NCBI RefSeq assembly: GCF_018977255.1
Contig: NW_024704742.1
Coordinates: 40,674,001-40,738,000 of the forward strand
Length of the DNA: 64,000 nucleotides
Reading direction: 5' to 3'
From: Callorhinchus milii
Lineage: Eukaryota
Of the stretch, positions 47,853 to 61,330 are shown piece after piece. The number at the start of each line of letters is the position of its first letter. Position 1 is the first letter of the stretch. The notes beneath the pieces were generated by a model, which searched no databases, was not told the DNA's origin, and saw nothing but the letters and a program-made list of their open reading frames with translations. Made by a program: the position numbers and the translations under genes.

Positions 47853-50814
47853 GGCTCAAGCCCCATATCATGATCTCAGTGTAGGCTGAAACAGCATTTC
47901 TGGTTGTCAGAGGTGCCATCCTTCTACTGAGACATTCAATTGAGATACTGTCTGCCTGTTCAGATGGATGTTAAAATAAGTTTTTAGTGGCCAACAATCC
48001 ACCCGGATGGTCATTCACTTCGTGGCTGTTTGAGGAACATTGCTATGTGCAAATTGGCTGCCACATTTTCCTACAAATACACGGTCAGTATATCAGTATA
48101 CCTTACAGAAACTTTATGAAGCAATTTGAAATGTTCTCGACGTATAAGGCACTTTATGAAATGCAAGGAATATTGTTCTTATTATTTTAGTTTATTAGAG
48201 TAAATATTCTCACAAAATCCTACCTTCCTGCTGTTTATTACTCTCCTACAGGATTGAGAATTTCACCAATAATCAAAGTTGCTTCAGGTTCTCAACAGTT
48301 ATATAATGCATTGTTCATACTACTTTGTCAGGAAATAGCGATTAGGACAGATGGCTTCATTCGAGCAACAAACACCAACACCAATGCAATGGGTTGAATA
48401 ACCTCCTGGTGTGTCATAGTTCTAGAAACAAAATGTGTGCCACAGTTGTCCAAAGAACAACTTGACAATAATTACTGCAAAGTCTTTGAGATATTTTATA
48501 ATAAAAGCACTAAAAATAGCAAGCTATTTTTCATTTCATTGTAGCTGCATATTTAAGGATACAACCCAAACCACAAGAATCTGTTTCCTTCTCTGAGTTC
48601 AGTTATACTGTTAGCCATGTTCGCCTACAAAATATAGTTGCTCCACTTTACAGTAAATACTGTGAAGTGCTTTGCAAGACACCCTTCCAATATGAAAGGT
48701 GCTAAATCCAATCCAAGGATAATTATTATTAATATTGTTCTGTCATCTCCCTGTCTCTCCGACCTCCTCACTTCCCAAACCACCACCCGGCGCCTCCACT
48801 CGACTGGCACCGGCTCCTGCTCGTCCCTCGCACCCTCTGCCCCACCATCGGAGGTTGTGCTTTCAGTCACTACGCCCCAAAAGGTGTCCATTCAATCCCA
48901 CTGTCCTGTCTTATCCCCATACCTTTTCAAATGCTTCAAATACATTACAAATTATTGTGAGCATTTTACTATATTGTTTCATTTTGTGTTTTACTGTGCA
49001 TTTCAATCATTTTCTTTCTATTTATAATGATAATTCTTGAGTTAAAGCCTTATCACATTGTTGAAAAGTCTCAAAGAGTTTCACAAGATTTACTGTAAAG
49101 TGTTGTGACTGTGTATTTTGTCAGCGAGCATAGCAGCCAATTTGCATATGGCAACATCCCACAAACAGTCATGAAGTGAATTACTTTTTTTAATTTGTGT
49201 TAAATCTGCATGCACTTTGCTTGCAAAAGATTTATGGAAACTTTCTATAGAGAAAGAATGTAATGTTTTTATTGGAGCTAAGAGAGGTTAGAAAGATTCC
49301 TGAGTACATCTCCCACCTGTGTTGAGTTATCTGACATCAGTTGGGAGTGGCAGTAAGGGCACGAAAATTTGGGCCTCAATGGCCCTGGGCTGGAGAATCA
49401 GCCATGGCTCATGCAGTGACCTTTGCTGAAAAGCAACATGTAGGACAGGATTGGGCTTGCAGAGATGCCTGTTCTTGCTTTGTCAATGTTCATTTTCAGG
49501 ACACTTGGGCAATGCAGTACTGGAGAGCAGCCAATAATGCCCACGGTCCCACCAAATGCCATGAGTCATCAGAGAGGTGAGGATCTGATTTTAATAAAGG
49601 TTTACTGTATGTGTTTAAAATGTTAAAATATATAATTTATCTTACACACGAACACATCTGTTCAATGTTTGTTGCTGTAAGCAAATGCAATTATGATGTG
49701 AAGGGGAATAATTTACACGAGCTTCTAGGTTTTATTCTACCAATGTTTCTCCTCCAGAATGTGGATGAATTCTACCTGACTGTCTTGCTCAACTCGGGCA
49801 CCTGTGGGGATGATATAAACAGGGTTGAGTACTTTCTCACAGAGGAGTCACAGTTCATTCTAATTTCGAAACTGTTATAATTATGAAGGCTGAATCAGTT
49901 GATGATACTCCACTGGATATTAATTAAAAGACACTACCAAAATTCACAGATGGTAGATTTTACATTGTGTCTCTCACCCAAGAGTTGGAATGAAAAAGAA
50001 GAACCATGACAGGAAGAGGTAAAGGTATTTTGGTTTGATATTAATTGCTACACTTTGAAAGGTCTGGAGTCTCTCACAGTTCCAAGAGCCAACTCACCAA
50101 GCAGTCCTCCTACCTTGTCCTTTCTACTCTCCCTTGTTTTGAGAACTTTCCCTTTCAGACCCCTCTCCACACCTCATAATTCCACGGCAATATGTTGGTA
50201 TCTTGTGGTTATAATTCTCATGTGAGCCTCCACAGTGAAGATACTGTACTGACCTCACCCGATGTTACAACAATTCTTGCCTTTGATATAGCACCTTGTC
50301 ACATTATTGCGACAACACCTCCATAACCATACATGGTGGAAGAGGAAGGTCTTCAGGCCTGAAGATGGAGAAGCAGATCAAGGAAGAGTGTTCCAGAAAT
50401 TTGGGGCATAGTTGCTGAAAGAACAGAGGCAGAGGCAATCGGTAGTGGATTGGGAAGTAAGCAGGTTGGGTAGGTAGGGAGGTGTCAGGGGATGCTGGGA
50501 TTTGAAGACAATTACTGTAAAGTGTAATGACAATTACTGTAAAGTGAAAGCGGCAGACAATTTGCGCACAACAATGTCTCATAAACAGTGATTAAGTGAA
50601 TAATTATTTTTATCTGAGGATTGTTGGCCAGGATCACACACATTCACTTTGCAGCCAGGAGTGGAACCCAGACTGAAATTCCTTTTCCATCACAATCTAA
50701 TTGTGGCACTCTAACTACTGCCTCAGCTGAGATCAGCTAACTCAACATACACCAGGATTCAAAGCTGTGACGTTTTTGTCTGTATGACCTTGTGCTGAAC
50801 TGCGGTGGCAATAC

Positions 50815-51410
50815 AATATAATTTATATAGCATCTTTCATGGGAGGACATCTCAAAACATTTAACACTGTTGACTAAATATCCAAGCTGGGAGTGGAAGC
50901 CTAAGGGAGTAGCGAAGGGAAAGATGATCGAAAAGTTTGGTCAAAGAGGTATGTCTTGAAACGGCCTTTGAATGAGGTGAGGGAGTGACCAAATAGGAGG
51001 GACTCTGGAATGGAGTGAGCAGGGACAGAATATTTGAAAGACCAACCACTGAAGGTGGGGGGATAGGGTTGAGCACATGAAGCAGGTTGGTGTTTGCCGA
51101 GCAAAGAGAGCAGCCAGGTCAATATGTTTAAGGAGGTCGCAGAAGTATATGATGGATTGGGATCATGGAGGGATTTGAAGGTGAGAACAAGTATCTTGTA
51201 TTCGATCTACTGGGGAATGGTGAGCCAATGAAGCTGAGCAAAGGTGAGTTCACAAGAGTATGGTGGGAGAGAGACATGGGCCTCAGAGATCTGGATGGTC
51301 TGCAACTTGTGTAAGGAAGAGCTGAGGAGTCTGGCGAGCACAATATTCATGTAGTCAAGCCTGAATGGAATGAGAATGTGAATGAGGGTCTAGGCAGTCT
51401 GGGGAGAGGC
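50815..51410 (-). mobile_element. L2 3' fragment
   Basis: SFKGRFKTYLFDQTF; L2 tail. Confidence 0.75.
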
Positions 51411-53659
51411 CGTGAAGGTGCAGTGCCTTTACTCAGTCAATAAATTCATTATTTTAATGTAACAAATCAAATGTTAGTGTAAAAAAAGAAAGTTGTTTAA
51501 AAATAATAATTATAGAAACAATATTTTTATATTATTTTGGTAAACATTCCTGACTTCTTTGCATTGGAGTCTAGAACATAGAGATTTCAAATCAGATTTT
51601 GTTATTAGGACTGAGTTGCAACTGTGGATTTCTCCAGGGAACTCGGTTTGTTGCACAGATGTCCACTTTGAAAATAGATTCTGTGAAGTTCCCACAAGTT
51701 TACATGATGTAAACCTATAGTTTCTTTGTGGAACATTGCTGTATGCAAATTGACTGCTGTATTTGTTCACAAAATACACTTTATAGTACATAGCTTAATA
51801 GAAACACTACTTTATAGTACATCCTGTGAAGCGTTTTGAGATAGTTTCATGCTGTGATAATGTGTGATAATTTCATGCTGTGATCAAACGCAAGGATTAT
51901 TTTTGTTATATTATTGTGTACTTCAAGTTACTGGAAGAAATGTCCAGTTGCAATTCAGCGTCCTTAATAAGAATCCATGTTTGAAATCTCCCATTGTAAG
52001 CAGAGCATGATGGTAACATCCTTCACAATGCTGCAACTAATATTTTAATTGGCATGTAGAATGCATAGGAACACTCTGAGACTGAACCGTCTGTATTGTA
52101 TCAGGCTTTTTATGAATGAATAACCTTTCATCTCTTACAAGAATGTTTCTTGAAGGACAGTTGGTTTCAGTAGACCATTAACAAAAGGTTTTGGGAAACC
52201 TTCCAAGAATGTAAATGAAATGAAATCACACCATAAGGCGAGACATGTAGCCTCATGACTGTAGCCAATCATACGTTAACAAGAGGCTTTGAAGAATAAT
52301 TACCAGCTTGAGGGCTGGAATCCACCATTTCAAAATAAAACTCAGGGACTTTTGAGTTGGATTTTCTAACCAACTGTAAGTAACTTCTCCAAAATGATTT
52401 TGTTTCTGTCATGTTTAGGGAAATACCTTTGCCACACACCATGTATTAATGTTTAATTAGGTGCATTAATATGTATTGTTCAAACAATTGATGATTAGAG
52501 GAAAGAGAAGCTCAGATTGCCTGTAGTTAGAATTAAACAGACTGAATGTTACAACAGCAACAACAACTTGGATTTATACAGCGCCCTTCACACAGGGTAG
52601 TGCTCGAAGCAATGATTACAAGGGGATTCTGAGCAATAGCAGCACCATCCTTGCTGACGACCTTAAATGTTAATCTTTCAAATGTAAAGATTAAAACTAA
52701 ACATTTGTGGGCATAAATTCTAGTTGGAGTTACACATAGCACCTTTGACGATAAGGGTGAAATCCCATTATCAGTCGACGTTGCTTAAGGTGCTATTTAT
52801 AACATCCACAGAAATTTAGTCCATTGGAAACAATTAACACATTTAGAATTAATGTTTGGTAGTACAGTTAACTTCTTTTTCACCTATCTCACTGGTCACT
52901 AATATTATTGAAATTTGCTTCAAAAGGATGATTATTACATTTACCTCATTTGTACAGCAGTGACACACATTTAAGTTAAGGTCTTTTTTCTGCTGCACTG
53001 GATCCCTTTTGCAAATACACTGTGGAGGAAGGGGATAAAGACCAATAATTCCTTAGCCTTGGAAGCTCTACGGAAAGTCTTTTTTGTGCTGGGCTAACCA
53101 GTTTTGTATATTTCAGCCCACGCACTACGACGCTGAAAACAAGCAATATTGGAGTGATCTTAGAAACTGTAAAGTGGGACCAGGCTGTTCGACCTATCAA
53201 GTGCTAAAGGTACTCAAGTACCAGGATGGCTTTATTACTGTATTATTACTTGTAACCAACTAAAATAGGATAACACAATTGATCATTTTTAATATCTATA
53301 CCACCATTGGCCTGGTTGAGATTAACTAGTTGGTCAAAAATGCAGCAGTGCAGCCTAAGATTGTGCTGGCACACCGTAACCTTAGGGAATCGGGTTTGGC
53401 ACTCCCACAGGGAGCTCACATAGGAGGGCAATGCCCACAGGTCAGTTTGACATACATTAGGCCACCAGCAAAATCCAATATTTACACAGGGAAATCCAAG
53501 CTGTGAATAACGCATTTTGATTCCAAATTATTTTAAAAATAAAATATTTGTCTGCAGCTTTTCAAGGGTTACATCAGCATCCAAACGCCACCATAGCTAT
53601 TTCCCCTTGAATTCACTGTCTTACCGCTTCTCTACTGATGATAGCAAATCAGGCAGGGG

Positions 53660-54145
53660 GTCAAACAATGCAATCTAATTTTATTCAGTTGAATATAGAC
53701 AAGACTGAGACTGTCCTGCCTGGGTCCCTGTTGCGCTTTCTCACCTTAGAGCTGACCGCATTGACCTGCATGGATGGCCACTCATCTCAATCAGCTGGTG
53801 TCGAAACTCTGTGTCTTTTTCGACCCCCAACTGTCCTTCAAGCCTCCATCCGAGCACTTAATCGGTTGCCCTCACCTCACCTCTGCAACATTGCTTGCTG
53901 CTGCCACTACCTCTTCACTTGGGTTGCTGAGACCCTCATCGTGCCTTCATCACGTCCAGGCTCAATTATCCCAACGTCCTGCTCTCCAGGTTGCCCAGCA
54001 CATTACTGTAGAAGCTGCAGACTATCCAGAACTCTCTCCTACAGCAGTAATTTTTGTTTTGGTCAGCTAGGTGTCTGCGCCTTGGAACGTCCTCCTGACG
54101 TGAAAGGCGCTTTATAAATGGAATCTTGTTGTTGACGTTGTTGTT
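53660..54145 (+). mobile_element. L2 fragment
   Basis: NFIQLNIDKTE, FDPQLSF; tail. Confidence 0.75.
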
Positions 54146-54413
54146 GACACATATGGAAATCTCTCAGCATGTTTACAATTAATTTAGACACATTGACATA
54201 TCTCAATCAGACTGAGAGTTCCACATATAAAGGAGATGGATAAAGTAGGGACACATCCTACTTAACTATTGGCACAGATTGGCAAAAGCCAGAGTTTGGT
54301 GACTCCAGAGTGTGCCTTGGGGTATTGCTAGAGTTTAACCCAGGTGAGTCAGCAGGATTGCAGGATCAGTCCTCTTTTAGACAGATGAATCTTTGGCTTG
54401 ATTGACAGATCAA

Positions 54414-54780
54414 AGTCCTGTAGCTCAGTGGTTGGAGCACTCGCCTCACAAGTGAGAGACATGGGTTCGATTTCTACGCAGGGCAAAATGTTGGGCAAGT
54501 TTCCTTACTCCACACGCCTCTGTTTACCTAGCAGGAAGTAGGAACCCGGTTGTTAGTCGATTGGTGAATCGCTTTTCCAGGAGTGATAATTTCTTTAAAA
54601 AAAATTGGTCACTCAATCCACGACTGTTTGTGGCAATTTGCTGCTGTGTTTTGCCCACAAAATACACAGTTCCCATGGGTTAATTCATACACAGTCAATT
54701 CACTTTACAGTATATTCTGTGAAGCGCTTTGAGACATTTCGAAGACGTGATAAGGCCCTATATCCAATGCAAAGATCATT
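54414..54780 (+). mobile_element. Full-length SINE, long subfamily
   Basis: Complete head, body and tail. Confidence 0.88.
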
Positions 54781-55119
54781 ATAAATGGCCAGTCAGAGGT
54801 GAGGATGCCATGACGAGCAGTCTGCTGGACTGTAAGTGAACGGCGTCAACAATAAATTGGGAATTTCCCGCATTAACCTTGAGAGAGGTGGGTATCCGTG
54901 AAATTTTTTCCACCCGTGACAAATCTGTAACCCTAACTTGGTGTAATTGCAATACAAAACAATTTATATTTACTTTGTATGTTGGGAAGATGTCTCAAGG
55001 CACTTCACACAATTAGCTGAAATTCTGGCAACTTTATACAAATTAATTTAGAATAATCAACATTACATTTGATATGGCACCTTTCACTGTAAAGTATTGT
55101 GACTGTTTATTTAGTTTCT

Positions 55120-55481
55120 AATAATAATCCTTCCATTTAATATAGCATCTTATCTCATCTTCGAGATGTCTCAAAGCGCTTCACAGAATATACTGTAAAG
55201 TGAATGGACTGTATATTTTGTGGGCGAAACGTGGCAGCCAATTGCGCACAGCAGTGTCCCGCAAACAGTCGTGGAACGAATGACCAATTTATTATTTTTT
55301 TTAAGGAATTATTACCCCTGGAAAAGCGATCTACCGATCAACTAACAACTGGGTTCCTACTTACTGCTAAACAGAGATGTGTGGACTAAGGAAACATGCC
55401 CAACGTTTCGTCCTGCTGGAAATCAAATCCAGGTCTCTTGCTTGCGAGGTGAGTGCTCTAACCACTGAGCAACAGGACTCC
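55120..55481 (-). mobile_element. Full-length SINE, long subfamily
   Basis: Complete; inverted relative to 54414-54780. Confidence 0.88.
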
Positions 55482-56250
55482 AAATGCAGCAGCTAATTTG
55501 CACACAGCAATGTCCCGCAAGCAGCTTTGAGTTTTATTTGAAAAACAGTTTGACTCTGTATTGGGGCAATGGTAGAGCGGGTATTTTGAAAGGATGAGAT
55601 CAAATGAGCCAAATGATTTTCTTCATCTGAACATTTCTTGAGATCTTGTTACCTGTGACAGATATCCAATTGAATGAATTGAATAGTGCTCACACTAACC
55701 TACTTGAAAAAATAGGTTTCACCTGAAAACCTTTGAAGTGCTGGACACCTAAATCGATTTATTTTACTCAAGGAATATAACAAGATCAGTGATATTGGGG
55801 TTGAAAAACAGTATGATGCAATGGGATTAATTTACAACAACTCAGTGTTACTGAATTTTTCCATTTGTCCATAACATTAGTTACCAGCAATAGATCACTA
55901 CCAACTCACAGCAACAGTAATTTAGTTTGGGCTCTTTTTTATTTGGTCAGCCGGGTGTCTGATAAAACCCATCACCATGCTTATGAATATCCAAACCAAG
56001 CTGAGAATTCCACGCATCCCACATACACGTGGAAATTCCAGAGATAAATTGTTGGAATGTAACATGCACTCTTTCCCTGGAGGGATGCATCCTGCTTACC
56101 TAATTCCGCAAAGTATTAGCCGTGGGTGGGCAAGAGCCAAGGCTCGGGCACCCCCGTTGCAGTCTAACCAGCGAGAACAGCATTTGGCTCTTCAGAACAG
56201 GGATTCTGCAAGTCATCCGTAACATACCAAGGGGTAACAGCAAGTCCATA

Positions 56251-56299
56251 TTAGGGACACTAAGTTGTTGTTAGGGACACTAAGTCTCTGTTAGGGACA
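56251..56299. repeat. 20-bp tandem repeat (about 2.5 units, ttagggacactaagt.....)
   Basis: Read directly; a separate perfect 20-bp duplication lies at about 60079-60118. Confidence 0.8.
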
Positions 56300-56937
56300 T
56301 TACAACAGCAAAGAGAACACCACCAACAACTTACATTTACACAGGGCCCATCACACAGAGTAATATCTTGGAGTGCTTAACAATGGCATAATTTGATGAA
56401 GGGGGAGGGGGTGACCAAAGACATGGTCGAAGAATAAGGTCTTCAGGAGCGATTGGAAAACAGGCAACAGGCAGGCACTTTCACAGGATTAGAGCAGATT
56501 GACTGAAGGCATGATGGCCAATGGTGAAGTAGAGGGGTTGAGAGATGTGCAAAAGGCCCAAGCCAGTTAAGTGAAGGGGGAGATGACTTAATGTACCAAA
56601 GTTGTTGTTAGTGAATGTATCTGTAAGTTTCTCCGATTTAGAACCACTGCCTTCAATTTGTTTTTCACAATTTGCTTGTGTTGCACATGAATTGTTCCAA
56701 AACCAAGAATGATGAAAGTTTATTAACATGTATTTACTCATATGAGTGAAAGCAACATTCAATGACCTAATTCTTACTGGTGATAATTATCACACCCTCA
56801 GACATTCTGTTCCTGGTGGGTGACTGGTAACAGATGCCTAACAAAACTGATGTTGCATTCCCCATCCCTAACTTTGCAAATCACAAAATCCTGAAAGAGT
56901 TTGGATGAAGAAGGCTCTTCGGCCATCTGATCTCATT

Positions 56938-58510
56938 CAACAACAACAACTTCCACTTATATAGCCCCCCCTCCCCGCAGGGCAGAGTCTCCGAGCACTT
57001 AACAGTGGAGGAGCCAGACTCCAAGCCGGGGGAAGGAGAGAGGTGGCCGTAAGCACGGTCGAAGAGGAAAGTTTTCAGGTGGGACTTGAAATTTATTTAG
57101 GGATTTAGGGGAGAGAGGGGGCAAGGTGGAGAGATTGAGGGAGAGTGTTCCAGAGTTTTGGAGCATAGTGGCTGACGAGCACTATGGTGGAGTTGGGAGT
57201 GAGGAGGTCGGAGAGGTAAGGATGTGCCAGGGAATGAATGGATTTGAACATGAGTGTGCGGATCTTGAAGTCGATCCGTTCTGTGATGGGAAGCCAGTGA
57301 GCCTGGCCATAATTGGTGTATGGAGTTTGGTCCGGGTCAGTATGTGGGCAGCAGAGTTTTGAATGAGCTGGATCTTGTGAATGGTGGAGCTGAGGAGACC
57401 AGCGAGGAGTGCGTTGGAGTAATCCAAGTGGGAGGTGACAAACCCATGCAAAAGAGTTTCAGCCTCATTGGGGTAAGGTACGGTCGGAGGCAGGCAATGT
57501 GGCATAGATAGAAGAAGGCGATCCTGGTCAGGGATGTGGAGGCGGAAGGACAGGTGGGGGTCGACCTGGATGCCTAGATTGTGAGTCTGAGGGGAGAGCC
57601 CAGGGAGGTTGAGGAGTTTAGATCCACAGGAGTGAAGACATTGACGGGAGCCAAGGAGAATGGCTTCCATCTTGTCCAATTGCAGCTGCAGGAAGTTTAC
57701 ATTCATCCATTTCTGCCAGACAAGCTGATAGAACATCGGTGGACCTGGAGTTGGTACTGGAGGAGACAAAGTAGATTTGTGTGTCATCCGCATACATATG
57801 AAAGTTTACCCCGTGTCTGCGGATGACATTGCCCAGAGGGAGCATATAGATAACGAAAAAAAGAGGGCCAAAGATGGAGCCCTGGGGTACCCCACAGGTG
57901 ACCGGGTGGGGCAGTAGGAGAAACCATTTGCTGAGATGAAATGGAGGCGGTTGATTAAGTAGGACCGAATCATGCGAGTGGCATCCCACTAAGGTGGATT
58001 AGGGAGGAGAGGCGGTGGTGGAGGATGGCGTGGTCGACTGTGTGACACGTGGCAGAGAGATTCAGGAGGACGAGGAGGCAAAGGGAGCCCTGGTCACAGA
58101 TAGAGAAAATGTTGTTTGTGACTTTGACAAGCGCTGTCTCTGTGCTGTGGGAGGGAGAAAATCAGACTGCAGGGCCTCAAGGAGGGAGTGGAGGGAGAGG
58201 TGTGACCGAAGTTGACCTACAACAATGCATTCCAGGACTTTATCCGGGTCCTGACCCAACTGTCCGGCACCTTGGGACGTCCTCCTGACGTGAAAGGCGC
58301 TCTATAAATGAAATCTCTGGTTGGGATGGAAGGGGATATGGGGGTGCTGAGTACGATGCAGCCAAGCGGATGTTTTCAATTTTTGAGATAAAGAAGTCTA
58401 GGACGCTTTTCGCACTTGACGTTTGACGTGAGGATGGAGGGGGTTTGGGGGGGGGGCACGAAGAAGGTGATGGACGGTGGAAAACAGCGTCTTTGGATTG
58501 TTGCTTGCCT
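56938..58510 (-). mobile_element. L2 LINE fragment (RT domain to tail) with a + strand L2 tail nested at about 58240-58315
   Basis: GVPQGSIFGP, FHMYADDTQIY, LDYSNALL, QNSAAHIL; NNPKTLFSTV near 58480-58505. Confidence 0.88.
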
Positions 58511-60789
58511 CCAGGACATGACATTCTTGCAGCATACCCAACCTTCAGGCCTCCATTCATAGACTCAAGCTGTTTTTTTGTAACAAATCGAGCGTCCTGC
58601 TGCCACAAATGCTTGGCACAAAGTACTTTGCAGCAGCCTCTCAGCTGGCCCACAGGGCTTTTGAACATTCTGCCATGCAAATTTTAGTGTTTTAAGTGCC
58701 TGCTTGCAACACGCAGTTAATCCTAGCATTTACAATAACTCAGTAAGAGTTTGGCCTGTATTCCACACACGTGGGACTGAATAAGGACAACAAAGTCTGT
58801 GGAACCACAGTGGAAGGTTTCAGGCCAAACCATTGTTTAGTCCCAATCCTTTTAATAGTTACAGACAGATTTGGATGAGAATTATTGCCAGTCTTATATT
58901 CATTTTTTGCCCCATTCTGTACAACTATCTCCAAAATTTCAGCACCATGCTTCTGTTTTTAGTCAGCTCAGTGTCTGACACATGCGGAAACCCATCACCA
59001 TGTTTAAGAGTATCCAAACCGAGCTGACGTTTCCACATATGTTTGCCACATGAAAATTTCATTGTATGTGAAATGGAATGATGCCCACTCACTGGAGGGC
59101 GAACCCTGCTGATCAAATTCCAGAGAGTATTAGGCACAGGTTGGCAAAAGCCACTGAGGACCCAGTGTGTGTGACGTTTAACCGGATAAACTTGCAGAAT
59201 TTGTCATTATGAGCGTTGTCCAGCAAGCTTCCCACTGCTTGTCCAGCTCGGACCATCCTACCCATGAGAACTTTAACTTGTAGGGTAAACAGGAGTAGTG
59301 TGGGAAGAATCCCTGCTCCAGTGCTTGGCCATCCATTCCTGGGGGTTGTGGCTCAAAGTTACAATGAAAAATCCAAAAAAGGCAACTCACTCTGATTAGA
59401 AAAACAAAAGCTCAAGGAGGACATAGCTGAGATCCGTAAGCATTTGGTGAGCTGGATAGCACGGTAAGCACGCTATTCTTACTTAGCGTGTGCGGACAGA
59501 ACTACAGAACATAGCTTTAAAATTAGAAAAGCTTAAAGTGGAACGAGAGATTAGAACAAAATTTACCCGCGGCGCAGTCGATACATAGAAAAGACGTCCA
59601 ACAAAACTGGCTGATGCTGCATTACCTCCCTGCAGGGACATGGAAACATTGAAATAGGTGTATCGAGACACACCCCTTCTACATTTCCTGGGGACCACCT
59701 AAATACAGTGCTGCTAACTGTCTCTCACCTTACCACTCAGCTACAGGAAGCATATGCCCAGTATTGGTTGATAAAGATTAACAAGGGGTTTTGTCAACAA
59801 GATCCCTATGTGCTATACGAAGATACAAATCCTAAAAGCGTTTTATCCATATAAAAAAACACAACATTTGAAACTCTGCTACTTTATTTTTAAAATCCTG
59901 GCTCTTTGCCCCAATAGAGGCTTATATTGAAGCAACACCAACCCTCAAGCTAACTTTTGGAGTTTAATAAGCTCCATGTTTGCTTTGTGATATAACGCTC
60001 AATGATGTCTGTGAAAATTTAGCCTGCAACTTTAATGCAATTCATGTGGATAAGCGCAAATAGACTCAAGGCAACTTAGAAGCAATGTGGTACATTTGGA
60101 AGCAATGTGGTACATTTGGGAGGTCTCTCACTTGTGAGGCGAGTGCTCTAACCACTGAGCTATAGGACTCCATACTGTGGGAAATGTTCGAAATCCGTCG
60201 AACACACAGTGTTTGACAGTGCATACGACAGTGTTTAGATTGCAGTTATAGTACAGATAAGTAATGAACAGAATAGACTTTGTAATGGTGAGAACAGGGT
60301 TAGAAGCAGTAAATGTGAACACAAATCAATATGATTCAACTGATACTATAATATGCTGGGGATGTACAGCATTATTGGAGACGTAGTTCTTCAGATGAGA
60401 TGTTGAACCAACATGCCATCTGCCTGTTCTGATGAACGTTAATGATTCCATAGCATTATTCAGAAAGAGAAATTAGTTTCTTTTTTCTTAATAAAGTGTT
60501 GATTGATATTAATGATTACACCACAATTCTTACACATGCTTTTATATTAAAATCGCATTAAATGAAAGAATGGGTTTGATTCCTGGTAAAGTGCCACATG
60601 AGAATATGTATAGTCTGGCTTCAATCCATCACACAATCTCATGCCAACACCAGAGTATTCCAATATCCACTGGGTGGGTCCACATGCATGTTTGGGTGCA
60701 ATTTCCAGATGTATCTTTGAATGCAATTGTATGTTTGAATTACTATTTTTTTTTTGCCTTGCAGGATTCATGTCTTGTTTTGACGGGTA

Positions 60790-61330
60790 TTTTCAGAGAT
60801 TCAATGGTGCTGCCAAAGAATTGGAACAGAAAGAAGTTAATATCAACATACAAAAAGAGGCAAAAAGATAATCCAGGGACCTCAGGCCAGCGAGGCTGAC
60901 ATCAACAACAACGCTTCAAGTAGGATAACATCTGAGAGCACTGTCTGCTGTAGGAGAAAATATTGGATGGTGTCCTGAGAGAGGAAAGAAGCAGAGATTA
61001 ATATAAAATTATAAGGGGGAGCAAGCCTGACTCTCTTTATGTGAAGCAAGTCCCATTTTACAAAGTTATTAAGGTTCTTTGAAGAGAAGATGGAACTTGT
61101 GGACAAGAGGAATTCAGGAAACAATCTTGATTTTTTTTTAGCAAAGCCTTTGACACGGGGACCACAAAGTTGGATAGATCAGAATAGAGGTAGAGCTTCA
61201 GATATGGTTGGCAAATCAGTTGAATCGTAGGAATCCATGGTTAGCTGGATATGGAGTTATTTGAGCATGGAATTAGATATCTAGCGGGGTTCCTCGGGGA
61301 TATCTGCTGAGGTTGATGCTCCTTATTGTA
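60790..61330 (+). mobile_element. Highly degraded CR1 RT fragment
   Basis: Remnants of KK..KDNPG, FSKAFDT and GVPRG motifs in the expected order. Confidence 0.55.

Noticed and set aside
56251..56299. TTAGGG-containing repeats as telomeric or CRISPR-like array
   Set aside because: Only about 2.5 units of a 20-bp tandem, no unique spacers, vertebrate context
57182..58680. 203-, 123- and 146-aa minus-strand ORFs
   Set aside because: Frameshifted L2 ORF2 remnants with flanking read-through
60570..60899. Exon-like ORF after a strong acceptor (tttgccttgcag)
   Set aside because: The downstream sequence is a decayed CR1 RT fragment
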